Positions 61,301-64,000 of a stretch of DNA of 64,000 bases are shown piece by piece (position 1 is the stretch's first letter; each line of letters starts with the position of its first letter). The DNA lies in contig OZ024742.1 in assembly GCA_964016885.1 (NCBI GenBank), positions 288,982,001 through 289,046,000 of the forward strand. The letters run 5' to 3'. The position numbers and the translations under genes are program-made. This stretch comes from Eledone cirrhosa (taxonomy: Eukaryota). The notes below the pieces were generated by a model. It ran no database searches, was not told the origin of the DNA, and worked only from the letters and a program-made list of their open reading frames with translations.

Positions 61301-64000
61301 GGTTGATGGCAGTGGTGTTGGTGGTGGTGGTAGTAAGGTTGATGGTAGTGGTGTTGGTGGTGGTGGTAGTAAGGTTGATGGCAGTGGTGTTGGTGGTGGT
61401 GGTAGTAAGGTTGATGGCAGTGGTGTTGGTGGTGGTGGTAGTAAGGTTGATGGTAGTGGTGTTGGTGGTGGTGGTAGTAAGGTTGATGGCAGTGGTGGTG
61501 GTGGTGGTGGTAGTAAGATTGATGGCAGTGGTGTTGGTAGTGTGGTAGTAAGGTTGATGGTAGTGGTGTTGGTGGTGGTGGTAGTAAGGTTGATGGTAGT
61601 GGTGTTGGTGGTGGTGGTAGTAAGGTTGATGGCAGTGGTGGTGGTGGTGGTGGTAGTAAGATTGATGGCAGTGGTGTTGGTAATGTGGTAGTAAGGTTGA
61701 TGGCAGTGGTGTTGGTGGTGGTGGTAGTAAGGTTGATGGTAGTGGTGTTGGTGGTGGTGGTAGTCAGGTTGATGGTAGTGGTGTTGGTGGTAGTAAGGTT
61801 GATGGTAGTGGTGTTGGTGGTGGTGGTAGTAAGGTTGATGGCAGTGGTGTTGGTGGTGGTGGTAGTAAGGTTGATGGTAGTGGTGTTGGTGGTGGTGGTA
61901 GTAAGGTTGATGGCAGTGGTGTTGGTGGTGGTGGTAGTAAGGTTGATGGTAGTGGTGGTGGTGGTGTGGTAGTAAGGTTGATGGTAGTGGTGTTGGTGGT
62001 GGTGGTAGTAAGGTTGATGGCAGTGGTGGTGGTAGTGGTGGTAGTAAGGTTGATGGTAGAGGTGGTGGTGGTGGTGGTAGTAAGGTTGATGGCAGTGGTG
62101 ACGGTGGTGGTGGTAGTAAGGTTGATGGCAGTGGTGTTGGTGGTGGTGGTAGTAAGGTTGATGGTAGTGGTGTTGGTGGTAGTAAGGTTGATGGTAGTGG
62201 TGTTGTTGGTGGTGGTAGTAAGGTTGATGGCAGTGGTGTTGGTGGTGGTGGTAGTAAGGTTGATGGCAGTGGTGTTGGTGGTGGTGGTAGTAAGGTTGAT
62301 GGCAGTGGTGGTGGTAGTGGTGGTAGTAAGGTTGATGGTAGTGGTGGTGGTGGTGGTAGTAAGGTTGATGGTAGTGGTGTTGGTGGTGGTGGTAGTAAGG
62401 TTGATGGTAGTGGTGTTGGTGGTGGTGGTAGTAAGGTTGATGGTAGTGGTGTTGGTGGTAGTAAGGTTGATGGTAGTGGTGTTGTTGGTGGTGGTAGTAA
62501 GGTTGATGGCAGTGGTGTTGGTGGTGGTGGTAGTAAGGTTGATGGCAGTGGTGTTGGTGGTGGTGGTAGTAAGGTTGATGGCAGTGGTGTTGGTGGTGGT
62601 GGTAGTAAGGTTGATGGTAGTGGTGGTGGTGGTGGTAGTAAGGTTGATGGTAGTGGTGTTGGTGGTGGTGGTAGTAAGGTTGATGGTAGTGGTGTTGGTG
62701 GTGGTGGTAGTAAGGTTGATGGCAGTGGTGTTGGTGGTGGTGGTAGTAAGGTTGATGGCAGTGGTGTTGGTGGTGGTGGTAGTAAGGTTGATGGCAGTGG
62801 TGTTGGTGGTGGTGGTAGTAAGGTTGATGGCAGTGGTGTTGGTGGTGGTGGTAGTAAGGTTGATGGTAGTGGTGTTGGTGGTGGTGGTAGTAAGGTTGAT
62901 GGCAGTGGTGGTGGTAGTGGTGGTAGTAAGGTTGATGGTAGAGGTGGTGGTGGTGGTGGTAGTAAGGTTGATGGTAGTGGTGTTGGTGGTGGTGGAAGTA
63001 AGGTTGATGGTAGTGGTGGTAGTAAGGTTGATGGCAGTGGTGGTGGTAGTGTGGTAGTAAGGTTGATGGCAGTGGTGTTGGTGGTGGTAGTAGTAAGGTT
63101 GATGGCAGTGGTGGAGGTGGAAGTAAGGTTGATGGCAGTGGTGTTGGTGGTGGTGGTAGTAAGGTTGATGGTAGTGGTGTTGGTGGTGGTGGTAGTAAGG
63201 TTGATGGCAGTGGTGGTGGTGGTGGTGGTAGTAAGGTTGATGGCAGTGGTGTTGGTGGTGGTGGTAGTAAGGTTGATGGCAGTGGTGTTGGTGGTGGTGG
63301 TAGTAAGGTTGATGGCAGTGGTGTTGGTGGTGGTGGTAGTAAGGTTGATGGTAGTGGTGTTGGTGGTGGTGGTAGTAAGGTTGATGGCAGTGGTGGTGGT
63401 GGTGGTGGTAGTAAGGTTGATGGCAGTGGTGTTGGTGGTGGTGGTAGTAAGGTTGATGGCAGTGGTGTTGGTGGTGGTGGTAGTAAGGTTGATGGCAGTG
63501 GTGTTGGTGGTGGTGGTAGTAAGGTTGATGGTAGTGGTGTTGGTGGTGGTGGTAGTAAGGTTGATGGTAGTGGTGTTGGTGGTAGTAAGGTTGATGGTAG
63601 TGGTGTTGGTGGTGGTGGTAGTAAGGTTGATGGCAGTGGTGTTGGTGGTGGTGGTAGTAAGGTTGATAGTAGTGGTGTTGGTGGTGGTGGTAGTAAGGTT
63701 GATGGTAGTGGTGTTGGTGGTGGTGGTAGTAAGGTTGATGGCAGTGGTGTTGGTGGTGGTGGTAGTAAGGTTGATGGTAGTGGTGTTGGTGGTGGTGGTA
63801 GTAAGGTTGATGGCAGTGGTGTTGGTGGTGGTGGTAGTAAGGTTGATGGTAGTGGTGTTGGTGGTGGTGGTAGTAAGGTTGATGGCAGTGGTGTTGTTGG
63901 TGGTGGTAGTAAGGTTGATGGCAGTGGTGTTGGTGGTGGTGGTAGTAAGGTTGATGGCAGTGGTGGTGGTGGTGGTAGTAAGGTTGATGGTAGTGGTGTT
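55345..64000. repeat. 36-bp G/T-rich minisatellite, unit GGTGGTGGTGGTAGTAAGGTTGATGGYAGTGGTGTT, longer than 8.6 kb and running off the window
   Basis: Roughly 240 tandem units, with shorter variants including frameshifting ones. Confidence 0.98.

Noticed and set aside
55249-63057. Poly-Val ORFs up to 620 aa as membrane proteins
   Set aside because: They are the reading frame of the 36-bp minisatellite, started at GTG/TTG and bounded by frameshifting units.

Overview
This is AT-rich eukaryotic DNA made almost entirely of repeats. The repeat families and dense microsatellites suggest a cephalopod (Octopus-like) genome; that is an inference, not a database match. No host gene can be called with confidence. 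The window holds: (1) more than 10 copies of an RTE-clade LINE family with (GAT)n tails, whose reverse transcriptase (RT) carries a C4HC3 PHD-type finger inserted between the YADD and YLG motifs; (2) a disabled Tx1/L1-clade LINE plus a second fragment, both joined to (TCTA)n repeats; (3) an R4/Dong-type LINE in (TAA)n, back-to-back with an older copy; (4) a disabled Helitron Rep/PIF1-helicase with four 23-aa N-terminal repeats, plus two short Helitrons with canonical A|TC...CTAG|T ends; (5) a near-complete CR1-clade LINE with a structured leader; (6) tRNA-derived SINEs and piggyBac-, hAT- and Tc1/mariner-type MITEs; (7) fold-back structures and a minimal hammerhead ribozyme of the Penelope type; (8) two large G/T-skewed minisatellites (41-bp and 36-bp units). 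The strongest signals are the PHD-in-RT architecture, the apparent sorting of retroelement families into different microsatellite targets, and the intact hammerhead motif. Coordinates of degenerate repeats are approximate.
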